From: an uncultured bacterium
GTDB lineage: Bacteria > UBP14 > UBA6098 > B30-G16
Assembly (NCBI GenBank): GCA_965552135.1
Contig: CBEVQY010000001.1
Coordinates: forward strand, 64,001 to 128,000
DNA: 64,000 bases
Direction of reading: 5' to 3'
In this document: piece by piece, positions 9,152-19,489 of the stretch
How the letters are laid out: the number at the start of each line of letters is the position of its first letter
Numbering within the stretch: the stretch's first letter is position 1
Notes under the pieces: generated by a model
Seen by the model: only the letters and a program-made list of their open reading frames with translations
Told to the model about the DNA's origin: nothing
The model's database searches: none
Translations under genes and position numbers: made by a program

Positions 9152-10494
9152 TTGCCGACGCAGAACCTCTCGAAGATCTCCTCGTACACCGACTCCACCT
9201 CGCCCGGCGCGGCGATTTGGGCGAGGAGCCCCTCAGCCCTCTCGAGAACGGCCTGCGCCACGTCGATAAACGATTTCTTGAGGGCGTCGACCGCCACGCA
9301 AAGCTCGTCGGCAGCCTGGGCGACGAGGCTTTCGGTGCGGGCAGTGAGCATAACGGCGTCCGCGGGGACGTCGGCGACCAGGCTCTCAAGCTTCTCCAGA
9401 AGGTCTTCGACGCCGTCGCCCTTGAGGGCGGAGATGGGGATCGCCTCTGGGAAGCGCGCGCAGACTTCGCGGCGCAGTCCGAGGTCGGATTTGTTGAGGA
9501 CGACGACGTTGTTCGTCTCCAGCGGGGGCGGATTTCTGCCGCCCGCCGAGCCGTCCACCACCCACACGACGACGTCTGCGCTCTGCAGAGCGCTTTCGGC
9601 TCGCCTTATCCCCTCGACCTCGACGGGATGCTCCGCCTCCCTTATGCCCGCGGTGTCGAGCAGCTTCACGGGGATGCCTCCTATCTCCACCGTCGCCTCG
9701 ATGATGTCGCGGGTCGTTCCCGGGTGGGGCGTCACTATTGCGCGCTCCGCGCCGACTATCCTGTTGAAGAGCGTGGATTTGCCGGCGTTTGGCTCGCCGG
9801 CTATCACGACGACGACGCCGTCGTCAAGCGCCCTTGAGGCCGATGCCCTGCGGAGAACGTCGAGCAAGACGCGCCTTTGCGCCTCAAGCTCATCCACCCA
9901 GCGCTCTATGTTGGGCTGCGGCAAATCGTCCTCTGGGAACTCGAGGGAGGCGACCATCTCGACGAGGACGTCCCGCACCCTCCGCCACGACTCCCGAAGT
10001 TTTTGGGATGTTGCCGCGGTTCGCCTCGCCGCGAAGAGCGCTCGCTCCGTCTGCGCCGAAACCGTCGCCAAAACGGCTTCGGCTTCGATGGGGTTCATCT
10101 TGCCGTTCGCTATCGCGCGCAGGGTGAACTCTCCGGGGAAGGCGAGCCTTGCACCGCAGGAGGTGAGCCTGTCGAGGACGAGCCGCAAAAGGACGGGGTT
10201 GCCGTGCAGCGAAAGCTCGACCATATCCTCGCCGGTGTAGCTTTTGGGCTTTTTGAACACGGTGGCGACGGCCCTCTCGTGCACACCGTTGATCCTTAGC
10301 TTTACGACCGACGCTCTGTTTGGCGGGAAGTCGCTTATTGGCGGCGACGGGCTCAGGCACCTTTGGACGACGTCTATTGCGCCTTCGCCGCTTATCCTCA
10401 GGATTCCCAGCGCTGCGCGACCGTGGGGGGTTGCCACAGCGGCTATAACCTCGCCCGAGAGCGCTCGCGAAAGCTTTTCGTGCAGATCCATCAT
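9148..10494 (-). CDS. mnmE: tRNA modification GTPase MnmE
   Basis: IAAVATP, PKSYTGEDMVELSLHG, GEPNAGKS, GTTRD, DTAG, C-terminal FCVGK; start overlaps miaB stop. Confidence 0.95.
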   Translation of the reverse strand: MMDLHEKLSRALSGEVIAAVATPHGRAALGILRISGEGAIDVVQRCLSPSPPISDFPPNRASVVKLRINGVHERAVATVFKKPKSYTGEDMVELSLHGNPVLLRLVLDRLTSCGARLAFPGEFTLRAIANGKMNPIEAEAVLATVSAQTERALFAARRTAATSQKLRESWRRVRDVLVEMVASLEFPEDDLPQPNIERWVDELEAQRRVLLDVLRRASASRALDDGVVVVIAGEPNAGKSTLFNRIVGAERAIVTPHPGTTRDIIEATVEIGGIPVKLLDTAGIREAEHPVEVEGIRRAESALQSADVVVWVVDGSAGGRNPPPLETNNVVVLNKSDLGLRREVCARFPEAIPISALKGDGVEDLLEKLESLVADVPADAVMLTARTESLVAQAADELCVAVDALKKSFIDVAQAVLERAEGLLAQIAAPGEVESVYEEIFERFCVGK

Positions 10495-11816
10495 CGCCTC
10501 GCAAAGGCGCCCTTGACCACGCTCCCCCAAAGAACCCACGTGCCGGCTTCGGTTATTTCGACGGGGATGATCTCCCCGCGCTTCGCGCCACACGCAGCCG
10601 ACAGAAGGACCGTTCTGCCCGAGGGCGCGGTCCCGCGGAGCATGCCGGGGTTTTTGGGGGCAACTCCCTCCACCAAAACGTCCTGCAGGGTGCCCAAAAG
10701 CCTGCGGGAAAAGTCCTTGGCAAGCTCTATCCCAAGGGCGATGACCTCGTTGAGGCGCCTTATCTTGACGTCTTCGGGCACGTCGTCGGGCAGCTTTGCC
10801 GCCGCCGTCCCAGGGCGAACCGAGTACCTGAACGCAAAAGTCCCCGCAAAGCCCACCCTGCGCATCACATTGAGCGTCGCCCGGTGATCCGCTTCGGTCT
10901 CGCCGGGAAAGCCGCAGATTATGTCGGTCGTTATCGCCGCATCCGGAAAGCGGCGGTATATGCGCTCCACGAGGTCGAGGTAGTATGCGGCGGTGTACCT
11001 CCTGTTCATGGCGCGCAGGATCGCGTCGCTCCCGGACTGGAGCGGGAGATGGAACGACGGCGGAATCACGTCCCTGTGCGCCTCGACCACGTCCAGGACG
11101 GCGTCGGAGAAGTCCTTGGGGTGGTTCGTGACGAACCGAAGCCTCAAAAGACCCTCAAGCTCCGCTACCATCCCGAGGAGCTTTGGGAAATCTGTGTCGC
11201 CAAAGCGGTAGGAGTTCACGTTCTGCCCCAAAAGGGTTATCTCGACCACCCCCCTTTGCAGAAGTTCCCGCACTTCGCGCAGGATTTCGTCTGGGCTTCT
11301 GCTGCGCTCCCTGCCGCGGACGTAGGGGACGATGCAGTAGGTGCAGAAGTTGTTACATCCCCGCATGATGGTCACGAACGCGGAGACGGCGCCCTCCTTC
11401 GTGTGTGCCGGCACACCAAGCCCCGTGAAGTCGGGCTTTGTGTCCACAAAGACGCCGCCAGGAATATCGCCCTCGACTATGCGGGGGATCACGTCGAGCC
11501 TGTCGGTTCCGACGACGAAGTCGAGTCCTGGGATCTGCTCCAAAAGCTTTTCGCCCAGCTTCTGAGCGACGCATCCGATCACGCCCACACTTACCCACGG
11601 TCGGCGCTTCTTCAGCCCGACAAGCGCCCTAAGCCTTCCCAGGGCGCGGTCCTCGGCGTGCTGCCTTACGGCGCACGTGTTGACGATGATCACGTCGGCG
11701 TCCCTGGGCGATTCGGTCCAGATGTGACCCTCACCCTCCAGAAGCGCCCTGAGGGCGGCGGAGTCGTACTTGTTCATCTGGCAGCCGTAGGTCACTATGT
11801 GGAACTTCCTCTTCAT
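10491..11816 (-). CDS. miaB: tRNA methylthiotransferase MiaB
   Basis: TYGCQMN, NTCAVRQHAE, GCNNFCTYCIVPYVRGRERSR, C-terminal TRAM domain. Confidence 0.95.
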   Translation of the reverse strand: MKRKFHIVTYGCQMNKYDSAALRALLEGEGHIWTESPRDADVIIVNTCAVRQHAEDRALGRLRALVGLKKRRPWVSVGVIGCVAQKLGEKLLEQIPGLDFVVGTDRLDVIPRIVEGDIPGGVFVDTKPDFTGLGVPAHTKEGAVSAFVTIMRGCNNFCTYCIVPYVRGRERSRSPDEILREVRELLQRGVVEITLLGQNVNSYRFGDTDFPKLLGMVAELEGLLRLRFVTNHPKDFSDAVLDVVEAHRDVIPPSFHLPLQSGSDAILRAMNRRYTAAYYLDLVERIYRRFPDAAITTDIICGFPGETEADHRATLNVMRRVGFAGTFAFRYSVRPGTAAAKLPDDVPEDVKIRRLNEVIALGIELAKDFSRRLLGTLQDVLVEGVAPKNPGMLRGTAPSGRTVLLSAACGAKRGEIIPVEITEAGTWVLWGSVVKGAFARR

Positions 11817-11824
11817 ATTTCGAT

Positions 11825-11846
11825 AAAAAAGCGCCCTGCCGGGCGC
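11825..11846 (-). terminator. Terminator-like hairpin between coaE and miaB
   Basis: Minus strand GCGCCC-GGCA-GGGCGC followed by TTTTTT, ending about 8 nt before the miaB ATG. Confidence 0.45.
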
Positions 11847-11881
11847 CACGGGAACCACGGGAAAGCCAGCCCGCATAAAGA

Positions 11882-12502
11882 CTACCTGTGCGCCTTGGCT
11901 CGGGCACGCTCCTTTATCTCAAGCCATGCCTGCATGGCGTTCGTCTTAAGCTCCGCGAAATCGCCGTTGTTTTTGACTATGATGGAGTGCCTCGGGTGGA
12001 AGGTTTTGAATAGCTCCTCCTGCGCCTGGATTCTGCGCTCGGCGTCCTCCTGCGAAAGCCCCCTCTGGCGGATGAGCCTGTTCATAAGCTGCCATTTCGG
12101 CGCCTCGACTATGACGATGAGGTCCATCGCCTTCGCCAGGTCCCAGCGGGGCAAAAGCGCAGCATCCAAAACGACAACACCTGGAAATCCACCCTTCTGG
12201 AAGTCGACTATTATGTCCCTTATGCGGGCACAAAGCGGCTTTTCCATTATGCTGTTGAGCTTTTCAAGGTTCTCGGAGCTTGAGAAGACAACAGCGGCAA
12301 GCTGAGAGCGATCTATCTCGCCGGCGCCGTCCAGAACGCCCTCGCCGAAGGCATCGACTATGCGCTTCTTTATCGCAGGCTCCTTGAGAAGCTTATGCCC
12401 TATCCTGTCGGCATCGATGAGATAGGCGCCCATGTCTTTATATAACTTCGCCACCGATGTCTTGCCCGAAGCGATCAAACCGGTTATGCCCACGAGGTAC
12501 AT
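11882..12502 (-). CDS. coaE: Dephospho-CoA kinase
   Basis: VGITGLIASGKT, IDADRIGH, IDRSQLAAVVF, RIQAQ, NNG. Confidence 0.93.
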   Translation of the reverse strand: MYLVGITGLIASGKTSVAKLYKDMGAYLIDADRIGHKLLKEPAIKKRIVDAFGEGVLDGAGEIDRSQLAAVVFSSSENLEKLNSIMEKPLCARIRDIIVDFQKGGFPGVVVLDAALLPRWDLAKAMDLIVIVEAPKWQLMNRLIRQRGLSQEDAERRIQAQEELFKTFHPRHSIIVKNNGDFAELKTNAMQAWLEIKERARAKAHR

Positions 12503-12538
12503 AGCCCCTCCTTGGACTTCCAATCGCCCAGTTTTTAA

Positions 12539-12566
12539 ATAATATCGCCGCTTTGCGGCAAGTCAA
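12539..12566 (-). promoter_or_regulatory. Putative sigma70-type promoter for coaE
   Basis: Minus strand TTGACT-16 nt-TATTAT. Confidence 0.55.
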
Positions 12567-12587
12567 GCCCAAAAGGCTTGGTTTTGC

Positions 12588-14165
12588 TCAGCTCAACGCT
12601 TTGGAGATAATCGCCCCAAGCTTTCGCGCCTCGGGGACCGAAAGGAGACTCGTGATCGTCCAGTACGCCACGGCAGCGGCAGCGGCGAGCAGAGCAAGCA
12701 TGGCAAGGCGCGTTGCCTTTGCACCAAAGCCGACGACGTTGAAGTCTATCTGATTTGCGCAGAGGGCAACAACAGCGGCAACCGCAGCGGCGGCGAATAT
12801 CGATTTCGCCACAAGCCCGGCGATGGGCTTCAGACGAATTCTGACTCTCCTTCGCAGCCGTAGTATGAAGACGAGGTCGAGCGCGGCAAACGCCGCAGCG
12901 AAGGTGGCGACAAGCCCGAGGAAGCCGAAGATCCTGAGCATGACGACGTCCGCGGCCATCGCCGCAAGCCACACCGCCGAGCCTGTGGTTGCGAGGGATT
13001 TGGTGTCCCACACGGCGGCAAGGACCCTCCCCAGGAAGATACTGAACCCCTGGAACACGAACCCGATCGCGAGGATTTTGATCGCGGCGGCGGTATCGGC
13101 TGCGGCAGCGAGGGAGAAACGCCCCTGCCTCAAAAGAACGTAGACGACAGGCTTTGCCATAACGAAAAGCCCGAAGGCGGCGGGGATGAAAAGGTATAGC
13201 CCGAAGCGTGCAACCTCCTCAAGCTGCGCCGCAAGCGCGTCGGTCCTTCCAGCCGAGGAGGTCTCCGATATGCTCGGGTGAACCACAACGAAGAGGGGCT
13301 GCACGAAGAGATACACTGTGGCGCCCACGATCATCTGCGCCAGGGAGAGCGCCGTTATTTTGCCCGCGGGCAGAAAGGACGCCAGGAATCGTTCGAACAC
13401 CCTGAACGCCTGCGCCGCAGCGTTGAACGCAACCGCCAGCGCACACTGCGCCGCAAGCCCCCCAACCTGCGGGTCGCGGAACGTGGGTCTACCTATGGGG
13501 CGAAATCCCTTTTGTATCAGGGCTGCGGCGACTACAGCCACTGCGCAAAGCGCTCCCAGAACGTGCCCAAGCCCCAGCGAATATATCCCCATGCTCTTGT
13601 GGAAGGCAACGAGCGCTGCAATGACTGCTACGGTTATCGTAAGGGCAGCGATCTCCGGCACGACGAACGACCTTTTCGCGTGCAGCGCGGCTGCAAGGAT
13701 GAAGAACGCTCCTGAAACAAGCGCCGCAGGAAGCATGTAAAGCGTCAGTCCGGTCAGGCTTTCCTTCGATTGGGCAGCTAACCCCGGCGCCACCACGGGG
13801 ATCCAAAGCGACGCCGTTGCGCACAGGAGCACTATAAGCGTTCCCCCCACCAAAACGAGATCACCCACCAGCGATGCCAAAAGCCTTTTTGCCGCGGCAG
13901 CGCCGCCCTTTACCTCGGCATCCAGAAGGGCTGTTGTAACCATTGCCTGCGTGAGTCCCGCACCGAAAAAGAGCGAGAGCATATTGAAAAGCTGGAAGGC
14001 GATGAAGTACGCATCGGTTTTTCCGGTTGCGCCGAAGATCCTTGCGATGAGCACTTGCCGCACCAGCGCCGCAAGCCGCGCCGCAACCCTCAGCACAGAA
14101 AGCGTTGCGGCGCTGCGGGCAGCCGAACCCGTAACTACACCCTCTTGACCCTCAGATCTGACCAT
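12588..14165 (-). CDS. MurJ/MviN-family flippase
   Basis: LVRQVLIARIFGA..TDAYFIAF, ERFLASFL..G.ITAL, many TM helices. Confidence 0.85.
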   Translation of the reverse strand: MVRSEGQEGVVTGSAARSAATLSVLRVAARLAALVRQVLIARIFGATGKTDAYFIAFQLFNMLSLFFGAGLTQAMVTTALLDAEVKGGAAAAKRLLASLVGDLVLVGGTLIVLLCATASLWIPVVAPGLAAQSKESLTGLTLYMLPAALVSGAFFILAAALHAKRSFVVPEIAALTITVAVIAALVAFHKSMGIYSLGLGHVLGALCAVAVVAAALIQKGFRPIGRPTFRDPQVGGLAAQCALAVAFNAAAQAFRVFERFLASFLPAGKITALSLAQMIVGATVYLFVQPLFVVVHPSISETSSAGRTDALAAQLEEVARFGLYLFIPAAFGLFVMAKPVVYVLLRQGRFSLAAAADTAAAIKILAIGFVFQGFSIFLGRVLAAVWDTKSLATTGSAVWLAAMAADVVMLRIFGFLGLVATFAAAFAALDLVFILRLRRRVRIRLKPIAGLVAKSIFAAAAVAAVVALCANQIDFNVVGFGAKATRLAMLALLAAAAAVAYWTITSLLSVPEARKLGAIISKALS

Positions 14166-15556
14166 AGATGCGAATTAAAGGCGATGAAGAAAGACATCGA
14201 GATTATAGCCGTAGGCGAGATCCAAAGATGGGAGTTTGTGAGCGCCATCGCAAGCGCTGTGGGTATCGCGGCAAGCCCCACAATGGCGAAACAACGCACA
14301 AAACCGGAGTCGACGCGCTCAATCCTGCGCATAAGCTTAAATCCCACCACGAGTGAAGTTACGCAAATACTTAAAAAAGCTGCAAGCCCTACGACCCCCG
14401 CTTTGCACAGAATGAGAGGATATAAACTGTCGATGAAGAAAAAGCCCCTCATGGTCGCAAAAGTCGTTCCCAAGCCTGTTCCCCAAAGGATGCTTGACTG
14501 TTTGAGCTTGTGCAAAGCCTCTATGGTTTCTATGAACCTTGCCTGCAGGGAGGGGACGAACCGCAGATTTTGCGGTTCTGCGAAAACTATAAGCGATTGT
14601 TTTAAGGCGAAGACAAATGGCGACGTTGGCTCGGCAAAAAAAGCGGGGATGATTATCACTGCAACAATTCCCGCCAGTCCGAAAACCGCGGCAAAGCGCA
14701 GCAAGAAGACGGTCCTCGCCCTTCCCCGAAGGCTAAGCGCATAGAACAAAGCGGAAAATATCATCGCAAAAGCCATGCCAGCTATAAAAGTTCTGAATCT
14801 TGAGTAGACAAGCAGAGCAAGCTGAGCCAAAGTCAAAAGCCACCAGCTTCTTTTGACGGAAAGTCCTAAAAGGAAGGTGAGCGCAGTGGACATGCTGAAG
14901 ATGAAGAGGTTAAAACCCCATATCCTTGCGGTTCGGAACTCCACCACCTCCACCGTGGTGATATGCATGACGATTTTGAACGCGAACGCGGCAGCTCCTG
15001 CAAGCGCAGCATAAAGCCAGTGCCGCCCGAATCGTTCCAGGTTGCCCCAATAGGTGAAAACGTATCTGAAAACAAAAACCCAGATGAAGTGCATAGGACC
15101 TCGGAAGAAGTCGCTTCTGAACGCGCTGCCGTACTGCCCTTTCGCAATCCCTATCGCGGCGGCGATTATGAGCGCCAAAATATATGATCCAACGGCAGCC
15201 TCCACAGCGCCGAGTCTGCGGACAAAATCGTAAACTCTGCGAACCTGGACGTCGAAGGCAAGGGAGCAAAGGATCAAAAGGGCGGCGAGGTCGGATGGGC
15301 GCACGAACATCCCGCCGAACTTAAAGGACACAAACATGGGCGCTACCTGCACGGTCCACAGTGTCAGCACAGATATAAGCGCGGGCGACGCCACAAAGGA
15401 CACCACAAGTATACAGACGCCAAACAAAAGCAGAAGGAACCTGAACTTTTGCCACTTGTAAAGCGCCAGGGCGGAGAAAAGAGAGAGCGAAGTTACGATG
15501 AAAGCTAAAACACACTGCGGGAGTCGACGCAGTCTATTAAGAAGTCTTAAAACCAT
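14135..15556 (-). CDS. Wzy/O-antigen ligase-like polytopic membrane protein
   Basis: Multiple TM helices, SRFRT, SLQARF, LWGTGLG, IDSLY...GVVG; lies between wzz and the flippase. Confidence 0.65.
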   Translation of the reverse strand: MVLRLLNRLRRLPQCVLAFIVTSLSLFSALALYKWQKFRFLLLLFGVCILVVSFVASPALISVLTLWTVQVAPMFVSFKFGGMFVRPSDLAALLILCSLAFDVQVRRVYDFVRRLGAVEAAVGSYILALIIAAAIGIAKGQYGSAFRSDFFRGPMHFIWVFVFRYVFTYWGNLERFGRHWLYAALAGAAAFAFKIVMHITTVEVVEFRTARIWGFNLFIFSMSTALTFLLGLSVKRSWWLLTLAQLALLVYSRFRTFIAGMAFAMIFSALFYALSLRGRARTVFLLRFAAVFGLAGIVAVIIIPAFFAEPTSPFVFALKQSLIVFAEPQNLRFVPSLQARFIETIEALHKLKQSSILWGTGLGTTFATMRGFFFIDSLYPLILCKAGVVGLAAFLSICVTSLVVGFKLMRRIERVDSGFVRCFAIVGLAAIPTALAMALTNSHLWISPTAIISMSFFIAFNSHLWSDLRVKRV

Positions 15557-15563
15557 GTCTCCT

Positions 15564-16499
15564 TTATTTTCGTCTGAGGAAGACGGAGCGGATGGCGTCC
15601 CACCTCTCCGCCAGCGTGACGTAAGCAGCCGCAAGGATGCACCCTAAAGCAACCCCTGCGGCCAGAACGAACGACCGTCTTGGTCCGGTCTTGGTCCGCG
15701 GCACCTCGGGCGGATCAAGCACGTTGACGCTGGGAACGGATTTTACCATATTAAGCCTTGCCGACTCAAGCTGCTGCACGATATAGCGGTAAGCGTCCTT
15801 GCGGGCATCGAGTATGACGCGAAGACGCTCGTACTCCATATTCGCGACAGGATCAGTGGAGTAGTTCTTGTGGGTCCTGACAAATACACGCAGGCTCTCT
15901 TGGGCAGCATCAAGCTGATTCAGGCACTCCCGAAGACGAACCGTAAGGTACTCGTACTCCTTGCGGGCTTGAGTCTGCATGTTGTGTTGAAGGAACCACT
16001 CAAGCTTCTCAAGCCACGTCTTCACCGCAAAGTACGAAAGGTATGGATCCTTCGACGTGAAGCTCAAAGTCACAATGCCTTTTTCTATTGAATAGGTTAC
16101 TTTAGCCTTTCCCAAAAAGCCTTTGTAAGCTTTGTCATTGCTTCGCCACAAAAACAGGGAACGCATCGACGAAGCGCCCGTTTTACGCTGTAAGACAGAA
16201 TCGAACGGGGCATCTACGGTTGCGAGAACCACCTGACGGCTCTTTAAGATTTCAGGGAAGAGGAGGCTTGAGATTCCCGAGGATGTCGCAAGCTGTTCCA
16301 GGGTTGATGGCAAAAACCCGGCGATAAGTCCCAAAGGTCCGCTGGTTGGTCCTGAGGGGAGGAGCGACGCCGAAGCCGTATATTTGTTGGGCAAAAGAAT
16401 CGCGTAGACCAGGAAGGCGACGGTAGAGGCAGCTATAATCCCTGCGCAAACGCGCCTATGCTTGACCAGAACCGCCAATATGGAGACCGCTCTTCCCAT
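15564..16499 (-). CDS. wzz: Polysaccharide chain-length determinant (Wzz/GNVR)
   Basis: N- and C-terminal TM, YTASASLLP, EILKSR, coiled coil, VLDPPEVP..K.GPRR. Confidence 0.85.
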   Translation of the reverse strand: MGRAVSILAVLVKHRRVCAGIIAASTVAFLVYAILLPNKYTASASLLPSGPTSGPLGLIAGFLPSTLEQLATSSGISSLLFPEILKSRQVVLATVDAPFDSVLQRKTGASSMRSLFLWRSNDKAYKGFLGKAKVTYSIEKGIVTLSFTSKDPYLSYFAVKTWLEKLEWFLQHNMQTQARKEYEYLTVRLRECLNQLDAAQESLRVFVRTHKNYSTDPVANMEYERLRVILDARKDAYRYIVQQLESARLNMVKSVPSVNVLDPPEVPRTKTGPRRSFVLAAGVALGCILAAAYVTLAERWDAIRSVFLRRK

Positions 16500-16501
16500 G
16501 T

Positions 16502-18841
16502 TTACAGCTTGAGCAGGATGTAGACGGTGGTTGCGACCCCCGAGAGGATCGAGATTACATCTCTAAGCGAAGCGAGCCAGTTGACTTCGCGTTTTATGCG
16601 CTGAGGGACGACAATGATATCGCCTGGGGAGACATCGTTGAAGCCGAGCGAGACCTTAAGGACTCTGCCGTTTGGTTTCACAAGTCTTATTTCGCTTCTG
16701 TCGGCGTTGCGGGTAAGCCCCCCTGCGCGCTTGATGTAATACCTGACGCTTTTGCCCTTGCGGTATTTGACCGTTCCGTTCGACGCAACTGCGCCCGTAA
16801 CGCTCACGCCGTCGGGTCGACGCGGAATGAATATCGTGTCGCCGGGCTCCATCTTTATGTCGTCCTTGCCGGCAAGGATAGCCTCCATATCGAGGATCAC
16901 CCTGTTGAGATCCGCGGGGTTCCAGTTGAATATCAGTGCGGTTGTGTCGATTCTGCCGAGGGTGTCGAGGGTTAGCTGCTGCGTGCCCCGAATAACGCGC
17001 AGAACGTTCCTCCGGGCAACCTCCTCCGCTATTCGTGGCCGAATAAACACCGCACCTTCGAGGAAAGCTTCGTCCGTCACGCCGCCAGCTCGAGCTATTA
17101 TGTGGGAAAGCGTTTCGTCATCGGAGAGCAGAGCGTAGTTGCCCGGGAAGTTAACCTCCCCAAGAACGGTGACGAACTGATTTTTTCGCCACTTCGGCAC
17201 AGAGCGGACGAAGAGATAATCGTCGTCCTGAAGCTTTAGGTTTCTTGGGTCGCTTGGGTTGCGAAGGATATCACCTAAGGGGATGACCTCAAGTTTCGTC
17301 TCACGCCCCTCTATGATTCTAACGAGCTCGGCGCTGTCGGGGTAGGCGTATTTCGTAAGTCCGCCCGCAAGGAAAACAAGATCAGAGACCCTCATTCCCT
17401 CAAAAAGCTCGTACCTTCCCGGTTTTCGCACGGCGCCGCCCACTGCGACGTATTCTTTGTCCAGAAAACGCCGCTTCGAAAAGACCTGGATCCTGTCGTG
17501 CGGCTTAAGGGGGATGTTTGCGGCAGAATCCCCCTCAAGCGCCTTGCCAAGGTCGACCGGCATCAGGCGATATCTACCGTCCCCCATCAAGCGAAGCAGG
17601 TTCGCTCTGGCAAGGTAGGTGTCGTCAAAGAGTGCGTTGTCGCCCTTAAAAAGGTCTGCCACGCGCATCCCCTCGAACCATCCGTACGCCCCCGGCTGTG
17701 GCACATAGCCCTCGACGAAAACGATCTTCTCCCTGTACGGGTTGACCGGGAAGATCGATATATCGTCGCCGTCTTCAAGTGGAGTTTTGGCTTGGGAGGA
17801 GTCGGTCAGGTCGATCGTCAGCGACCTGTGCAGTCCGTTTTCGAGTCTGTCCACGAAGATCGCTTTCGTGTTTGCGTCGGGGAGCGTGCCGCCGCAAAGC
17901 CTTATCAGGTCGGCTATGGTCTCGCCGGGCAAAAGCTCGTATTCGGCGGGTGTCTTCACCCTGCCGCGGAGCTTGACGAGCACCTTGTAGTGCGGCACAA
18001 CGACGACGTCGCCTGCGGCAAGCTGGATGTTGCCGGCTGCCTTGCCGCGACGTATAAATTCGTAGACATCGAGGCTTGCGACAAGCCTGTTGCCGCGGTA
18101 GACTTTGACGTCCCTGTAGGAGCCCACTGAGTCCGGTCCGCCTGCGGCGACGAGGGCGGTCATTACCCTCGAAAGCCCGGGCAGGTCGTAAACCCCCGGA
18201 CGCTTCACCTGCCCAACGACAAAGACCCTTATCGTCTTCACCGCTGCAACCGAAAGGCTCGCCTGGAAATCGGAGTACACAGCCTGAAGCGCTCGCTTCA
18301 CGGCAGCCTCGGCGGCGGAAAGCTTAAGACCCCCAACGGCAACCTCACCCACCTGAGGAATGTAGATCTTCCCCTCCCTGTCCACAGTGAGTTCATACTG
18401 ACCGTTCACGCCGCCCCAGAGGTTGAGGAGGAGCTTGTCTCCGCTTCCCAGCACGTACTCTTCGGATACCGGCAGCTGTGCCGTAAATGGCACCGCCGTC
18501 GTATTGGCGAAGAGATCCTCGCCGTAGCGCCTGAGGACGCGTGGAGTAGCCTTCCTTATCACCTGAACCGTCTCACCCTCTATGACCACAGGTTCGTCGA
18601 AGTACGGCAGCGTTTCGGGCGGAGCGGGCTTTGGCGCCTGGGGCGCAGGCTGAGCAACAACGACGGTCTCGGGGGGGTATATAGTCGGCGTTTGATATCG
18701 CTGAACTCCACCGCTTACGCCTGTGCCCCTCTGCTGCTCGAGGTAGCGCCGGTATTGTTCAAGCGGATATGGCAGCTGTGCGACGCTTTTGTGGGGTGAG
18801 AGGAGAGCAAGCGCAGCAAATATAAGGAGCGTTTTCCTCAT
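16502..18841 (-). CDS. Polysaccharide export protein with SLBB repeats (Wza/KpsD-like)
   Basis: Signal peptide, YVLGSGD...VDREGKIYIPQVG, repeated V.G.V..PG.Y SLBB units; ATG overlaps rplY stop. Confidence 0.92.
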   Translation of the reverse strand: MRKTLLIFAALALLSPHKSVAQLPYPLEQYRRYLEQQRGTGVSGGVQRYQTPTIYPPETVVVAQPAPQAPKPAPPETLPYFDEPVVIEGETVQVIRKATPRVLRRYGEDLFANTTAVPFTAQLPVSEEYVLGSGDKLLLNLWGGVNGQYELTVDREGKIYIPQVGEVAVGGLKLSAAEAAVKRALQAVYSDFQASLSVAAVKTIRVFVVGQVKRPGVYDLPGLSRVMTALVAAGGPDSVGSYRDVKVYRGNRLVASLDVYEFIRRGKAAGNIQLAAGDVVVVPHYKVLVKLRGRVKTPAEYELLPGETIADLIRLCGGTLPDANTKAIFVDRLENGLHRSLTIDLTDSSQAKTPLEDGDDISIFPVNPYREKIVFVEGYVPQPGAYGWFEGMRVADLFKGDNALFDDTYLARANLLRLMGDGRYRLMPVDLGKALEGDSAANIPLKPHDRIQVFSKRRFLDKEYVAVGGAVRKPGRYELFEGMRVSDLVFLAGGLTKYAYPDSAELVRIIEGRETKLEVIPLGDILRNPSDPRNLKLQDDDYLFVRSVPKWRKNQFVTVLGEVNFPGNYALLSDDETLSHIIARAGGVTDEAFLEGAVFIRPRIAEEVARRNVLRVIRGTQQLTLDTLGRIDTTALIFNWNPADLNRVILDMEAILAGKDDIKMEPGDTIFIPRRPDGVSVTGAVASNGTVKYRKGKSVRYYIKRAGGLTRNADRSEIRLVKPNGRVLKVSLGFNDVSPGDIIVVPQRIKREVNWLASLRDVISILSGVATTVYILLKL

Positions 18842-19470
18842 TCCTGGGAGCCCTCCTCCTCGGGCGCAGTCTCCTCGGGCGCAGCCTCCTCCTTCGCCTC
18901 CACAACGCCGCGTGGACGCACAACCGTCGCAACGACCTCGTCGGGATCGTTGAGGATTTTGACGTTGGGGACGGAGACGTCCTTCACGTGGAGCGACTCG
19001 CCCAGGTCGATGTTGCTTACGTCGATTTCGATCACCTCCGGGGCGTCCTGAGGGGTGCACATAACCTCGAGCTCATCGAGGTGTGCGGTAAATACCCCTC
19101 CCTTTTTGACCCCCAGGGGCGTCCCCACAAACTCCACGGGCAGCTTGAAGGCTATTGGGCGACCGGGGTGGATGTGGACGAAGTCGGCGTGGATGATGAG
19201 GTCTGTGACGGGGTCGTGCTGGACCTCCTTTATAACAGTGAGGACGACGTCTTCCCCCCCGTTGCGCTCTATGTGTAACTCCACCATAGCGTGTTCGCCT
19301 GCGCGTGCGTGGACGACGTGTGAGAGCTCGTTTTTGGGGATCTTAAGCGGCACGGGCTCCTCGCCGGGTCCGTAGAGGATGGCGGGCACAAAGCCCTGTC
19401 TCCGCAACCTGCGGGATGCACGGCTACCAACCTCGCTCCTTGGGTAAGCCTTAAGCGGTATGCCTTTCAT
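18838..19470 (-). CDS. rplY: 50S ribosomal protein L25/Ctc
   Basis: RRLRRQGFVPAILYG, KEVQHDPV, HADF, GVKKGG. Confidence 0.96.
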   Translation of the reverse strand: MKGIPLKAYPRSEVGSRASRRLRRQGFVPAILYGPGEEPVPLKIPKNELSHVVHARAGEHAMVELHIERNGGEDVVLTVIKEVQHDPVTDLIIHADFVHIHPGRPIAFKLPVEFVGTPLGVKKGGVFTAHLDELEVMCTPQDAPEVIEIDVSNIDLGESLHVKDVSVPNVKILNDPDEVVATVVRPRGVVEAKEEAAPEETAPEEEGSQE

Positions 19471-19489
19471 ATCGTCTCCCCCCTGCTGG

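Noticed and set aside
8378..12305. Long + strand ORFs 8378-10240 (620 aa) and 10884-12305 (473 aa)
   Set aside because: Antisense shadows of dinB/mnmE/miaB/coaE with no recognisable motifs; expected in GC-rich DNA.
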